From Solirubrobacterales bacterium (GTDB taxonomy: Bacteria; Actinomycetota; Thermoleophilia; Solirubrobacterales; JACPNS01), in the NCBI GenBank assembly GCA_049276635.1, contig JBASWU010000101.1, forward strand, positions 6,414-70,413: a DNA stretch of 64,000 nt, given 5' to 3'. Position numbers and translations under genes: made by a program. This document shows, piece after piece, positions 1 to 9,818 of this stretch (position 1 is its first letter; every line of letters starts with the position of its first letter). Under the pieces are notes generated by a model. It ran no database searches and had not been told where the DNA came from. It saw only the letters and a list, made by a program, of their open reading frames with translations.

Positions 1-106
1 CCTTCATATCGGTTCGCTGGTTAGGGAGTTCCGCGAACGCCGAGGAGGCGAACACCGCCGAGGCGGAAAGCGCGACCAGGGTGATTGTCAGGAGTCTTTT
101 GGACAT
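1..106 (-). CDS. 5' end of a secreted or exported protein; the gene continues beyond the window
   Basis: Reverse complement from ATG (104-106) reads MSKRLLTITLVALSASAVFASSAFAELPNQRTDMK. That is a basic N-terminus, a hydrophobic core and an AFA-type cleavage motif, so a Sec signal peptide. It is absent from the ORF track because it runs off the window. Confidence 0.45.
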   Translation of the reverse strand, partial: MSKRLLTITLVALSASAVFASSAFAELPNQRTDMK

Positions 107-135
107 CGAATCGGTACCCTTTCGAATGCGGGATA

Positions 136-167
136 TGGGTGGTGGTTGTGTGTGCGTGGGTGGTGGT
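136..167. repeat. Exact 11-nt direct repeat tgggtggtggt (136-146 and 157-167) in a GT-rich (CA-rich on the minus strand) intergenic spacer
   Basis: Read directly from the sequence. Period is 21 bp. It lies between the stop of the minus-strand gene at 204 and the start of the next minus-strand gene at 106. Confidence 0.6.
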
Positions 168-203
168 GTGTATTTGGGTTCAGGTGCGGGAAATGGCGCC
201 GGC

Positions 204-716
204 TCACGTGAATGAGGGGGTCGCATCGGACGCTGCGCCGACGCGCTGGACGCGGGTGCGCATCAGTGAGTCGACGAGTATGTTCCAGCCATCCTCGGTG
301 ACGCCTTCGGGCGCGTCGTCCCTGAAACGGGCGGGAGGGGCCGAGATGATCGGCGGTTCGGGTGGCGGCCCTTGACCGGCTGCGCCGGCATTCGCAGGCA
401 GGGCAAGTGAGGTCAGTCGATGTTCCAGCTGAGAAGTGGCGGCGACGAGTTCCCTGCAGGCGTCGATCAGCGTGTCGCGGATCACAAGCGACTCGGCAAG
501 GATGGTCCAGCCATCGTTATCAGCGGTTCCCTCTGGTGAGGACGGGTCGAGTTCGGAGATCATTGCGGTTGCGCGACCGACGTTCGGACGGGCGGCTGCC
601 TTCATGCGCAGGTAGGCGTTTTCTTCGCGCAACAGGGCGAGTTCGGCGGCAACCGAGTCGCCGCCACCGTTACGGTCGGAGATCTTCTTTTCGGAACGGC
701 GCAACAACATGCGCAT
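204..716 (-). CDS. Hypothetical protein, probably coiled-coil, with an internal DGW(T/N)IL..SL repeat
   Basis: ORF 204..974. I favour the internal Met (714-716, MRMLLRRSEKK...) because 760-974 has lower GC and weaker GC3. No family recognised. Contains LALLREENAYLRMK and two DGWxIL(A/V)(E/D)SL segments. Confidence 0.4.
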   Translation of the reverse strand: MRMLLRRSEKKISDRNGGGDSVAAELALLREENAYLRMKAAARPNVGRATAMISELDPSSPEGTADNDGWTILAESLVIRDTLIDACRELVAATSQLEHRLTSLALPANAGAAGQGPPPEPPIISAPPARFRDDAPEGVTEDGWNILVDSLMRTRVQRVGAASDATPSFT

Positions 717-1305
717 GCGCGACCGGCCGCGCTTGTGCGTGTCTTGAGCCGGCGCGACATCGGTGGACGCGTGCTCGCTCTTCCTGACGTTCGCAGGACT
801 GTGTTTGGTATTCAATTTGCCGAGATCCTTCGAGTATTGCCGAGATTCAAGCTGCAAGCGGAACTTCGGCGCGCTTGGCGCCAGCGGACTTGAGTTCAGA
901 TCGCTCTTCGCCCAAGTCGGGCCGCTTGCCGAGATGATTGTAATCGTAAACGATACACAAATGGCTGGCGCCAATAGTTGTTAATCCATCGTTAAGAATA
1001 GCTGCGCCGGTCACTGATACTTAGGTCGTGGCGATCACCGAACCGGCGCCGGCGGCCGTAGTCCGGCGTAACTACCTGTACTCTCTGACGGACACGTGCG
1101 CCCATCGGTCCCTTGCCGTCGGTGCACAGGAAACACCGCGACCGTCGCGTAAACCAGGCGATTGAGAACGCGGAATCCCCGTCGGGGCTCCTGCCTGACG
1201 GGAGGGCCGACGGCCCACCGCCGCGACGCGAGATCCGCGACAAGGCGAACGCATCCAGGTTGTCTCCGGAGATCCCGGAGGAAACGAAAGCAAAGGAGAG
1301 TCGCG

Positions 1306-2982
1306 ATGCGAGCAGTTGAATCGATCATGGAGTGCCTTAAGCGCGAGGGCGTCGAGGTGATCTTCGGTCTTCCCGGCGGGGCGAACCTGCCGACTTACGA
1401 CGCGATCTACGACGCGGGTATTCGCCATATTCTCGTCCGTCACGAAGCCGGCGGCGGTCACGCCGCCGAGGGTTATGCCAAGGCGACCGGCAAGGTCGGT
1501 GTCTGCCTGGCGACAAGCGGCCCCGGCGCGACAAACCTCGTCACGCCGATCGCCGACGCGATGATGGACTCGGTCCCGACCGTGTTCATCACCGGTCAGG
1601 TCCGCACCGACCTGCTCGGAACCGACGGCTTTCAGGAGGCTGACATCACCGGCATCACGATGCCGATCGTCAAGCACTCGGTGATGATTCGCGACGCGCG
1701 CGACATCCCGGAGGCGATTCACGAGGCCTTCCACGTCGCGGGCACCGGCCGTCCCGGTCCCGTGCTCGTTGACATCCCGCAGGACCTCTCGCGCGCCGAC
1801 ATCGATTATCGGCCGATCGAAACGGTGGACCTCCCTGGTTATCAACCAACGACCACGGGAAACGCCAAGCAGATCCGCCTCGCCGCCAAAGCTCTGGCCA
1901 ACGCCAAGCGCCCGATTCTTTACGTCGGCGGCGGCGTCGTCAACGGCAATGCCTCCGAAGAGCTGCGCGAACTTGCCGCCAGCGACAAGTTCCCTGTCAC
2001 CTGCACGTTGATGGGCCTGGGGGCTTTTCCGGCGCCGCATGAGCAATGGCTGGGCATGCTCGGGATGCACGGAACGCGTGCCGCCAACTACGGAATGGAC
2101 GAGGCCGACCTGATCGTGGCGATCGGCGCTCGTTTCGACGACCGCATCACCGGCAAGCTGTCCGAGTTCGCGCCCAACGCCAAGTTCATTCACATCGACG
2201 TCGATCCGGCGGAGATTTCCAAGAACGTTCCGGCGCACATTCCGATCGTCGGTGACGCCAAGGAGATCCTTCCGCGCCTGACCGCCGAGTACAAGCAGCT
2301 CGGCGCCGAAAGCGCGCGTCTGGGCGAATGGTGGCAGCGCATCGGACGCTGGCGTGAGCAATACCCACTCGGCTATGAGGACTCGGCCGACAGCGAGATC
2401 AAGCCGCAGTTCATGATCGAGGAAATGCTGCGCGTCACCGAGGGCCGGGCGATCGTCAGCTCCGACGTCGGTCAGCACCAGATGTGGACGGCGCAGTATT
2501 ACGACTTTCCCGAGCCGCGGCGCTGGATCAACTCCGGCGGAGCCGGCACGATGGGCTTTGGCCTGCCGGCCGCGATGGGGGCGCAGGTCGGCCGCCCCGA
2601 CGATCTGGTGATCTGTCTCGCCGGCGATGGTTCGCTGCAGATGAACATTCAGGAGCTGGCCACCTGCACCGACAACGACATTCCGGTAAAGATCTTCCTG
2701 ATGAACAACGGTTTTCTCGGCATGGTTCGCCAGTGGCAGGAGCTCTTCTGGGATGGCCGCTACAGCGCCGTCGACACGGGCAAGCACCCCGACTGGGTCA
2801 AACTCGCCGACGCGTACGGCGCCAAGGGCATGCGCGTGACCGACAAGGCAGAACTCGGTGACGTCTTCAAAGAGGCGATCGACGCGGACGGGCCCGTGCT
2901 CGTCGACGTCCGCGTCACGAAGGAAGAGAACACGTATCCGATGATTCCGGCCGGCCAGGCCGCACGAGACATGGTGGGCTGA
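1306..2982 (+). CDS. ilvB: Acetolactate synthase (acetohydroxyacid synthase) large subunit
   Basis: MRAVESIMECLKREGVEVIFGLPGG... shows ThDP-enzyme motifs (GPGATNL, GLGAMGFGLPAAMGA, GDGS.QMN.QEL). ATG at 1306 is preceded by aaaggagag. The upstream in-frame extension to 1162 is Arg-rich junk. Confidence 0.95.
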   Translation: MRAVESIMECLKREGVEVIFGLPGGANLPTYDAIYDAGIRHILVRHEAGGGHAAEGYAKATGKVGVCLATSGPGATNLVTPIADAMMDSVPTVFITGQVRTDLLGTDGFQEADITGITMPIVKHSVMIRDARDIPEAIHEAFHVAGTGRPGPVLVDIPQDLSRADIDYRPIETVDLPGYQPTTTGNAKQIRLAAKALANAKRPILYVGGGVVNGNASEELRELAASDKFPVTCTLMGLGAFPAPHEQWLGMLGMHGTRAANYGMDEADLIVAIGARFDDRITGKLSEFAPNAKFIHIDVDPAEISKNVPAHIPIVGDAKEILPRLTAEYKQLGAESARLGEWWQRIGRWREQYPLGYEDSADSEIKPQFMIEEMLRVTEGRAIVSSDVGQHQMWTAQYYDFPEPRRWINSGGAGTMGFGLPAAMGAQVGRPDDLVICLAGDGSLQMNIQELATCTDNDIPVKIFLMNNGFLGMVRQWQELFWDGRYSAVDTGKHPDWVKLADAYGAKGMRVTDKAELGDVFKEAIDADGPVLVDVRVTKEENTYPMIPAGQAARDMVG

Positions 2983-2985
2983 GCG

Positions 2986-3543
2986 ATGGGTGAACCAGGA
3001 ACAAAAGAAATCTTCCGGCTGGAGGATCTCAAAGAGGCCGGCGGCCGCCTGATGGGCCGTAAACACATCCTCTCGATCCTCGTCGAAAACGAGCCCGGAG
3101 TACTCGCTCGAATCTCGGGCCTGTTCGCTCGGCGCGGTTACAACATCAACACGCTCGCCGTCGGCCCGACCGATGATGACGCGATCTCGCGGATCACGCT
3201 GACGATCGACGGCGCCGAGCATCCGATCGACCAGGTGACCAAGCAGCTGCACAAGCTGGTTCACGTCTTGAAGATCCGCGATCTCGAGCCGAGCGAGTCA
3301 ATTGCCCGCGAACTGGCGTTGTTCAAGGTCGACGCGGACGCTCACGTGCGACAGGAGATCGTTCAGCTGGCCGAGATATTCCAGGGCCGCGTCGTTGACG
3401 TCGCGCGCCGCTCGATCACAGTGGAGATCACCGGCAGCGAGGAAAAGATCGAAGGATTCGAGCAGCTCGTCCGCCCGTTCGGACTGATTGAGATGGTCCG
3501 TACCGGCGAAATCGCCGTTCAACGCGGCCGCGCAGAGACCTAG
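2986..3543 (+). CDS. ilvN: Acetolactate synthase small (regulatory) subunit
   Basis: ACT-domain signature HILSILVENEPGVLARISGLFARRGYNINTLAVGPT. Starts 4 nt after ilvB. Confidence 0.9.
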   Translation: MGEPGTKEIFRLEDLKEAGGRLMGRKHILSILVENEPGVLARISGLFARRGYNINTLAVGPTDDDAISRITLTIDGAEHPIDQVTKQLHKLVHVLKIRDLEPSESIARELALFKVDADAHVRQEIVQLAEIFQGRVVDVARRSITVEITGSEEKIEGFEQLVRPFGLIEMVRTGEIAVQRGRAET

Positions 3544-3556
3544 GATCACTCGCGGC

Positions 3557-5152
3557 ATGTCGCTGTGGTCACGTTCGCGTCGGTCTGCAGGGCGTGTCCG
3601 CGAGCGCGGCGAGGTCGAACAGGGCTTTGGCGCAAGCGCGTACGCGCGACTGGCAGGCAACATCAATCTGGCCTCGGCCAGAGCCCGCGCCCGTGGACGA
3701 CCGATCATCGCCGGCGTGACCGTGCCGGTCGCGCCGGAAATCGACCTGTTGGAGTGCGTCGCTTCGGCGCGCGAACCGGGTGAGTTCTGGAGTAGCGTCG
3801 ATCAGCCCGCGCGCGATTGTCGTGCGTTGGCTTCGCTTGGTGTCGCCGTCAGGGTGCAGGCTTGCGGGACCGATCGCTTCACGCGGATCGCGGAGAAGTG
3901 CGCGGCCGCGCTCGACGCTGCCGAAGTGGATGATCTAGCCGACGATCCGGGCGCCCCCGCCGGTGCCGGCGCGGCGTGGATTGGAGGATTCTCGTTTCAT
4001 CAAGATGGGCCGCACTCCGACGCGTGGCGAGCGATGCCGGCGGCAGATTTCATCCTGCCGAGCGTCGCCATCGTCAGGCACGGCGGCGAGTGTCCGGTCG
4101 CGCGGTTGACGGTCAACGTTCATGTCGCGCCCGACGACCACGCGGCCGATCTGCTCGCGCAGGTAGAGTCGCTGGTCGATCGCCTGGGACTGAATGAATC
4201 CGAGGGCGCGTCCGGATTGTCAGGCGGCCTTGAGCACTCATCGAAACGATCGTGTGAGCTCGAAATCAAACCCGAACCGACGCGCGACCTAGAGTCGGCA
4301 GCGGAGCGATCACCCCCGTTCGACATCGCGGCCTCGGTCGCCGCGACGGCGACGGCCGAGCACTACCAGCAGGCCGTCGAACGCGCGACCGAGATGATCG
4401 CCGCCGGAGAACTGGAGAAGATCGTCCTCGCGCGGGAGGTCCTGCTGCGTCGCCGGGAACCGATCGATGTCGTGGCGGCCCTGCGCGAGCTTCGCGAGCG
4501 GTTTCCGCAGTGCACCACGTTCGCGCTCGGATACCCCGCGACGACCTTTCTGGGTTCGTCGCCCGAGTTGCTGATCCGCCGCGAGGGACGGCGCGCCTCG
4601 ACGATGGCGCTCGCCGGGTCGGCGAGTCGAGGCGACGACGCCGAGCAGGACGAACGTCTTGGGGCGAAGCTGCTTGAGAGCGTCAAGGACAACCGCGAAC
4701 ACGCGATCGTCGTGCGGCGAATCGAGCGGACTCTCGGGCGGCTCTCGGCCTGGGTGGCGGTCGGCGAGCGTCCGGAGCTGGTGAAGGTCAAAAACATTCA
4801 GCACCTCGCGACGCCGATCCGGGCGCAGCTCACCGAGCCGCGTCCGGCGATCGAACTGGCGGGAATGCTTCACCCGACACCGGCGGTCGGTGGCGAGCCG
4901 TGGTCGGTCGCCGGCCCGGCGATCAAGTCGCTCGAGGGCTTCGACCGCGGTTGGTACGCCGGCGGCGTGGGGTGGATGGACCAGCTCGAGGACGGCGAGT
5001 TTCACGTCGCGCTGCGCAGCGCGTTGATCGATGGTTCCAGCGCACGGTTGTTCGCCGGCGCGGGAATCGTCGCCGACTCCGATCCCGCGACCGAACTGGC
5101 CGAGACCGAGACCAAGCTTGACGCGCTGCTGCCGGTGCTTTCGAGCTGCTGA
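3557..5152 (+). CDS. menF: Isochorismate synthase (menaquinone-specific)
   Basis: Chorismate-binding C-terminal domain with MLHPTPAVGGEP, GWYAGGVGW and FAGAGIVADSDP. Lies in a men cluster. Start is uncertain; I used the first ATG after the ilvN stop. Confidence 0.8.
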   Translation: MSLWSRSRRSAGRVRERGEVEQGFGASAYARLAGNINLASARARARGRPIIAGVTVPVAPEIDLLECVASAREPGEFWSSVDQPARDCRALASLGVAVRVQACGTDRFTRIAEKCAAALDAAEVDDLADDPGAPAGAGAAWIGGFSFHQDGPHSDAWRAMPAADFILPSVAIVRHGGECPVARLTVNVHVAPDDHAADLLAQVESLVDRLGLNESEGASGLSGGLEHSSKRSCELEIKPEPTRDLESAAERSPPFDIAASVAATATAEHYQQAVERATEMIAAGELEKIVLAREVLLRRREPIDVVAALRELRERFPQCTTFALGYPATTFLGSSPELLIRREGRRASTMALAGSASRGDDAEQDERLGAKLLESVKDNREHAIVVRRIERTLGRLSAWVAVGERPELVKVKNIQHLATPIRAQLTEPRPAIELAGMLHPTPAVGGEPWSVAGPAIKSLEGFDRGWYAGGVGWMDQLEDGEFHVALRSALIDGSSARLFAGAGIVADSDPATELAETETKLDALLPVLSSC

Positions 5153-5224
5153 GCCGCCTGTAGCATCGGCGTCACTGCCCGGTCCCGGCCCGGCCCGGCG
5201 CGCGATCGCAGTCGCGATTGGCCC

Positions 5225-6982
5225 TCAGCGCAGCGCACCCGTTTCGGTCAGTGCCGCGGAGACCGAATGCAGCACCGCGTCGACCACGCGGTCGTGGGCG
5301 CGCTTGTTCTCGGTTCGCTCGGCGCGTAGATGGACGAATCCCGGCGCCTCGACCGCCTCGGCGAGCGCCGCGGCGTCGACCGGAGCCGAGTAGGCCATCC
5401 CGAACGCCTCGGCCACCGCTTGGAGATCGACGTGGCTCGGCGCGGCGATCTTGTCTTCGAAATGCTCCGTGTGATCGGCGATCGGCAGGAAGGAGAAGAT
5501 CCCGCCGCCGCCGTTGTCGACGCAGACAATGGTGATTTCGATCCCGTGACGTCTGGCGATCGCCAGCGCGCCGATGTCATAGAGGACGGCGAGATCGCCG
5601 CTGAGCAAGACCACGCGATCGCAGTCGTAGGACGCCGCGACGCCGAGCGCCGTCGAAACCACGCCGTCAATCCCGTTAGCGCCGCGGTTGGCGAGAAAAC
5701 GAACGTCGTCCCGGCCGGGAGCGACGAAAGATTCGACGTCTCGCACCGGCATCGAAGAAGACACGAAAACCGTCGCCCCGGACCGCAGGCCGCCGATGAT
5801 CGAGCGATAAACCGCCGGTTCAAAGGGGAAGGGCTCCTCGCTGAGAGCATGCTCGATCGCAGACTGAGTCGCGGTCTCGAGCAGGCGCCAGACGCGCGGC
5901 CAGGCGGCGCCGATCCGGCTTTGCGGGTCGGGCGGCGAACCGGATTTGAAGACCGTGAGCGGATCGACCCGCCAGACCTGTGTCGCGACACGGCTGGGTT
6001 CGTGCCAGACCCCGCGCGGGTCGATCACGATCTGTTCGCATGCCCGGCCGCCAAGCCAGTCGCGCAACGGCCTGGATGTCGGCATCTCGCCGACGCGGAT
6101 GATCAGATCGGGCGAGAGGTTCTCGCGCGCCGCGGCGTCGCGCAAGATCAAGTCGTAAGCGCTGACGATTGTCGCCTCGTGGGCAAACGGCTCTCGCCTC
6201 AACTGGGAGAGGGCATCGGCCAGCACCGGAATACTCGCCGCGCCGGCGAAGCCGGCGATCGCCGCGGCGAGACCGGGTTGATGTTGTTCGCCGGCGACGA
6301 TCAGTGGGCGTTGCGCGGTGGCGAGCACCGCGGCCAGCCCGTCGAACTGACTCGGCGTCCCGACGCTCGTCGTCCACGGCCGGCCGCCGGCGCGCCCGGC
6401 CGCGGCCGTTGTCTTCTCGAGTTCGCCGAGCGGCTGCCGTTCGGGAAACAGCGGATCTCGCAGCGGTAGGTTCACGTGCACCGGGCCTGGATCGGCCGCC
6501 GTCGCCTCGGACCATGCCCGGCAGGCCAAGGCGCGAAAGTGGCGTAGGGTCTGCTCGCTTAGCGGATGATTGCCGGCCTCGACAAACCAGCGCACGCTCG
6601 ATCCATACAATTTAACCTGGTCGATCGCCTGACCGGCGCCGACGTCGCGCAGCTCGGGTGGCCGGTCGGCAGTCAGCAGGATCAACGGGACACCGGCGTG
6701 CGACGCTTCGATCACGGCCGGATGCAGGTTTGCCGCCGCGGTTCCGGAACTACAGGTCACGACGACCGGTGTGCGGCTGGATTTCGCCAGGCCGAGAGCG
6801 AAGAACCCGGCAGAGCGCTCGTCGAGCACGCTCCAGGTTCGGATCTCATCTCGGTCCGAAAGCGCGTAACTGATCGGCGCGTTGCGCGAACCGGGCGCCG
6901 CCACCGCGTGGCGTACGCCGAGTCGCACGAACTCGTCGATCATCACTCGCAGCGGCGCAAATGTCTCGTTTGTCAGTTCCAT
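5225..6982 (-). CDS. menD: SEPHCHC synthase (2-succinyl-5-enolpyruvyl-6-hydroxy-3-cyclohexene-1-carboxylate synthase)
   Basis: ThDP enzyme. N-terminus FVRLGVRHAVAAPGSRNAPISYAL plus GTAAANLHPAVIEA and a C-terminal GDL..LYD..AL ThDP-binding motif. Start taken at MELTNETF (6980-6982). Confidence 0.9.
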   Translation of the reverse strand: MELTNETFAPLRVMIDEFVRLGVRHAVAAPGSRNAPISYALSDRDEIRTWSVLDERSAGFFALGLAKSSRTPVVVTCSSGTAAANLHPAVIEASHAGVPLILLTADRPPELRDVGAGQAIDQVKLYGSSVRWFVEAGNHPLSEQTLRHFRALACRAWSEATAADPGPVHVNLPLRDPLFPERQPLGELEKTTAAAGRAGGRPWTTSVGTPSQFDGLAAVLATAQRPLIVAGEQHQPGLAAAIAGFAGAASIPVLADALSQLRREPFAHEATIVSAYDLILRDAAARENLSPDLIIRVGEMPTSRPLRDWLGGRACEQIVIDPRGVWHEPSRVATQVWRVDPLTVFKSGSPPDPQSRIGAAWPRVWRLLETATQSAIEHALSEEPFPFEPAVYRSIIGGLRSGATVFVSSSMPVRDVESFVAPGRDDVRFLANRGANGIDGVVSTALGVAASYDCDRVVLLSGDLAVLYDIGALAIARRHGIEITIVCVDNGGGGIFSFLPIADHTEHFEDKIAAPSHVDLQAVAEAFGMAYSAPVDAAALAEAVEAPGFVHLRAERTENKRAHDRVVDAVLHSVSAALTETGALR

Positions 6983-6996
6983 CCCGGTGATCCTCG

Positions 6997-7773
6997 GTGA
7001 GTGTGGCCGTCGCCGATCCGTTGTTGCTGGTCCACGGTTTCGCCCAGACACCGCGATCTTGGCAAACAGTGATCGACGTTCTCCCGGCCGGCCGCGATCT
7101 GCACGCTATCGAGCTTCCCGGTCACGGCGCGACGGCGCTGACACTCGGCCCGCCGAGTGTTGAGTCCGCGCGCGCGGCGATGTTCGCGGCGCTCGACCAG
7201 ATCGCGGCCGATCGCGTCGTCGTGTGGGGTTATTCACAAGGCGCTCGCGTCGCGCTCGACGCCGTCCTCTTCGCGCCGGCTCGATTCTCCGCGATGATTC
7301 TCGAGAGCGGCACGGCGGGAATCGACGACCCACTTGCACGCGCCGATCGCCGAAGCCGCGACGTCGCGCTCGCGTCGCGCATCGAGGCGGCGCCGATCGA
7401 GGACTTCCTCGACCTCTGGGAGCGCATCCCGGCGCTCGGCGAGCAGTCGCGCGCGCTGATCGAGAGTCAGCGAGCCGATCGCCTCGCGCACGACCCGGTC
7501 GCGCTGGCCGCGGCTCTCCGCGGGATCGGCCAGTCGGCCTACGAACCGATGTGGGACCGGCTCGGCGAGATCGCGGTGCCGACGCTGCTGATCAGCGGGG
7601 AGCGCGATCGGGTCTACGGCGCCACGGCCGAGCGCATGTGCTCGGCGATCGCCGGCGCGACGCACGTCGCGATCGCCGGCGCCGGCCACTCGGTCCATCT
7701 CGAGCGGCCGGTCGAGACGGTCGCCGCCGTCAGAGCGTTCCTCGAGGCCGGCATCTCTCCGAAAACCGGCTAG
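6997..7773 (+). CDS. menH: Alpha/beta hydrolase, probable SHCHC synthase
   Basis: LLLVHGFAQTPRSWQ...GYSQGARVAL (GxSxG nucleophile elbow)...GAGHSVHLERP. Located between menD and menC. GTG start. Confidence 0.7.
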   Translation: MSVAVADPLLLVHGFAQTPRSWQTVIDVLPAGRDLHAIELPGHGATALTLGPPSVESARAAMFAALDQIAADRVVVWGYSQGARVALDAVLFAPARFSAMILESGTAGIDDPLARADRRSRDVALASRIEAAPIEDFLDLWERIPALGEQSRALIESQRADRLAHDPVALAAALRGIGQSAYEPMWDRLGEIAVPTLLISGERDRVYGATAERMCSAIAGATHVAIAGAGHSVHLERPVETVAAVRAFLEAGISPKTG

Positions 7774-7774
7774 A

Positions 7775-8878
7775 TCAGTCGCCGGGCCCGAGTTCGATCG
7801 AGAACTCTGCGATGGCGTCTTCGTCTAGCTCGATCCCGAGTCCCGGGCTCGGCGAGATCGCGATACGACCGCCGGCGGCGACCGGAAGGCCGGTCGCGTA
7901 CGAGTCGGCGAGCGCGTCGGCCGTCGCCAGGCCGCACGCGAGTTCGATATCGGACCGTGACGCGACAAAATGCAGTGCCGCGGCGATCCCGACCGGACCG
8001 TCGAGCGCGCTGGTTACGAAGCAGAAAAGACCGGCCGACGAAACTCGCTCAAGCAGCGCCGCCGCGCGCGTGAGTCCTCCGGCCTCGGAGAGTTTGACCG
8101 CGACGCCGTCACAGGCGGCGTTAGCGATGTGTGCTTGTAGATCGGCGTCGGTTCGAATGCCCTCATCGGCAACGACCGGAACCGAGACGGCATCGCGTAC
8201 GCGATGCATGCCCATCAGATCCTCGGCGGCCACCGGCTGCTCCACGAGCTCCAGACCGAACTGAGCCAGCCGTCCGATCTCGGCGATCGCCTCCGCCGAG
8301 AACCACGCGCCGTTGGCGTCGAGGCGCAGCCGCCTGTTCCAGCCGATCGCGTCGCGAACGGCCGCCACGCGCGCTTCGTCGCCGGGCAGACCGACTTTGA
8401 GCTTGATCGTCGAATACCCGGCCGCGACGGCCGCGCGGGCCTGTGCGACGGCGTCGTCTATGTCCGATGACGCGATCGTCGCGTTGACCTCGACGGACTT
8501 GCGCGCGTGCCGGTTCAGAGATTCCGCCAGCGGGATCGCGAGCTGCCGGGCGTGAAGGTCGCTAAGCGCCGAGTCGACGGCCGCCAGCGCCGGAGGCGGT
8601 AGCAACTCGCCGAACTCCCGCGGGATCCGCGCGGGTTCCTCGATCGCGCGAGATTCGAGGCGCGGCCGAGCGTGTTGATTGAGCGCTTCCACGAGGTCAC
8701 GCAAGCCGCCGGCGCCCGGCCGGGGGTAGGGGGTGACCTCGCCGAGTCCTGCGTTTCCGGCGCGATCGGTCAGCCGCAGCACCGCGACCCGCCGTTCGGC
8801 GACGCGTCCGGCGGCGGTCTCAAATGGCCGCTTCAGCGCCAGGCGCAGCGCGAATAGTTCAAACCGCTCGACGTCCAT
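7775..8878 (-). CDS. menC: o-Succinylbenzoate synthase (enolase superfamily, MR/MLE type)
   Basis: Enolase-superfamily pattern (KLKVG, LRLDANGAW, ELVEQP, VADE) in men-cluster context. Confidence 0.75.
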   Translation of the reverse strand: MDVERFELFALRLALKRPFETAAGRVAERRVAVLRLTDRAGNAGLGEVTPYPRPGAGGLRDLVEALNQHARPRLESRAIEEPARIPREFGELLPPPALAAVDSALSDLHARQLAIPLAESLNRHARKSVEVNATIASSDIDDAVAQARAAVAAGYSTIKLKVGLPGDEARVAAVRDAIGWNRRLRLDANGAWFSAEAIAEIGRLAQFGLELVEQPVAAEDLMGMHRVRDAVSVPVVADEGIRTDADLQAHIANAACDGVAVKLSEAGGLTRAAALLERVSSAGLFCFVTSALDGPVGIAAALHFVASRSDIELACGLATADALADSYATGLPVAAGGRIAISPSPGLGIELDEDAIAEFSIELGPGD

Positions 8879-8908
8879 CGCCTAACGCTACGACAACGGC
8901 GAGCCCGG

Positions 8909-9793
8909 CTAAGACACCAGCAGGCCGGCCGACAGCAGCGTGCAGAACACGAGTTCCAGCCGCGCGGTGTCGCCGAGCGCCTTGTTCAGCGCGGCGCCGT
9001 CGGTCCGGTCGCGGACGGCTCGAGTCAACGGCAGCGTCAGCGGGAGCGATAGAACCGCGAGGTTGATCCATGCCGTAAGACCGCCGGCGAGCCAAATGAC
9101 CGGTACCAGCACGATTGAAAGCAGCAGCGTCAGCGAGTAGATACGCCTCATCGTCGCCCGGCCCAGACGCACCGCCAAGGTGCGCTTTCCGGCGCGCCGG
9201 TCGGTGTCGATGTCGCGAATGTTGTTGACCATCAATACGGCGCAGGCGAGCAGCCCAACCGGCATCGACAACGCAAACGCCTCCCAGACGAGTCGCTCGG
9301 TCTGCACGAAAAACGAGCCGGTCACGGCGACGACCCCGAAAAACGAAAATACGAACACCTCGCCGAGACCTTCGTACCCGTAAGGCCGCGGTCCACCGGT
9401 GTAGAGCACGCCGGCGATGATCGACGCCGCGCCGATCAGCAGCAGTTCCCAGCCGGCTTCGGCGATCAGGTAGGCCCCCGCCACCGCGGCGATCGCAAAT
9501 GATGCCCAGGTCGCATACAGCACATAACTCGGCGGCACGAGCCCACCGGCGGTGACCCGCACCGGCCCAAGCCGGTCGTCGGTGTCGGCGCCGCGCCGGG
9601 CATCCGAGTAGTCGTTGGCGAGATTTGTGCCGATCTGGATGAACAGCGCGCCGACGATCGTTGCGGCCAGGATCGGTAGATCAAACAACCCGGCCGGGCC
9701 GGCGGCCAGCGACGTCCCTACGGCGACCGGAGCCAGCGCGGTCGGCAGCGTTCGCGGCCGCGCCGCCTTGATCCAAACCGATGCCGCGCCCAT
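8909..9793 (-). CDS. menA: 1,4-dihydroxy-2-naphthoate polyprenyltransferase
   Basis: UbiA-family membrane protein with WIKAARPRTLP and NLANDYSDARRGADT motifs and multiple TM segments. Start moved to MGAASVW to avoid overlapping menB. Confidence 0.85.
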   Translation of the reverse strand: MGAASVWIKAARPRTLPTALAPVAVGTSLAAGPAGLFDLPILAATIVGALFIQIGTNLANDYSDARRGADTDDRLGPVRVTAGGLVPPSYVLYATWASFAIAAVAGAYLIAEAGWELLLIGAASIIAGVLYTGGPRPYGYEGLGEVFVFSFFGVVAVTGSFFVQTERLVWEAFALSMPVGLLACAVLMVNNIRDIDTDRRAGKRTLAVRLGRATMRRIYSLTLLLSIVLVPVIWLAGGLTAWINLAVLSLPLTLPLTRAVRDRTDGAALNKALGDTARLELVFCTLLSAGLLVS

Positions 9794-9818
9794 CAGATCG
9801 CTCGCGCCGTCGGCGCGA

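Noticed and set aside
763-984. 73-aa plus-strand ORF with a hydrophobic N-terminus in the lower-GC patch upstream of ilvB
   Set aside because: It has poor GC3, no SD and no recognisable family. It overlaps the possible 5' extension of the minus-strand gene. I treat the patch as a divergent promoter region.
975-1305. The 330-nt ilvB 5' leader searched for a Val/Ile/Leu-rich leader peptide or a T-box
   Set aside because: No BCAA-rich mini-ORF and no T-box consensus was found. Only generic GC hairpins are present (for example CTCCGG/CCGGAG at about 1264-1279). Nothing here supports a regulatory call.
1072-3264. 730-aa ORF on the minus strand
   Set aside because: It is antisense to the clearly homologous ilvB/ilvN. 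It is an Arg/Gly/Asp-rich shadow ORF of the kind a very GC-rich genome generates. The same reasoning applies to 15931-17601(-), 26368-27612(-), 10914-11804(-), 14532-15386(-), 54883-55821(-), 60384-61196(-), 62488-63282(-), 31xxx-33150(+) and similar ORFs.
3488-3556. Upstream extension of menF overlapping the ilvN 3' end
   Set aside because: The extension overlaps ilvN in another frame, and its sequence is Arg/Ser/Pro-rich. The first ATG after the ilvN stop was preferred, though the true start remains uncertain.
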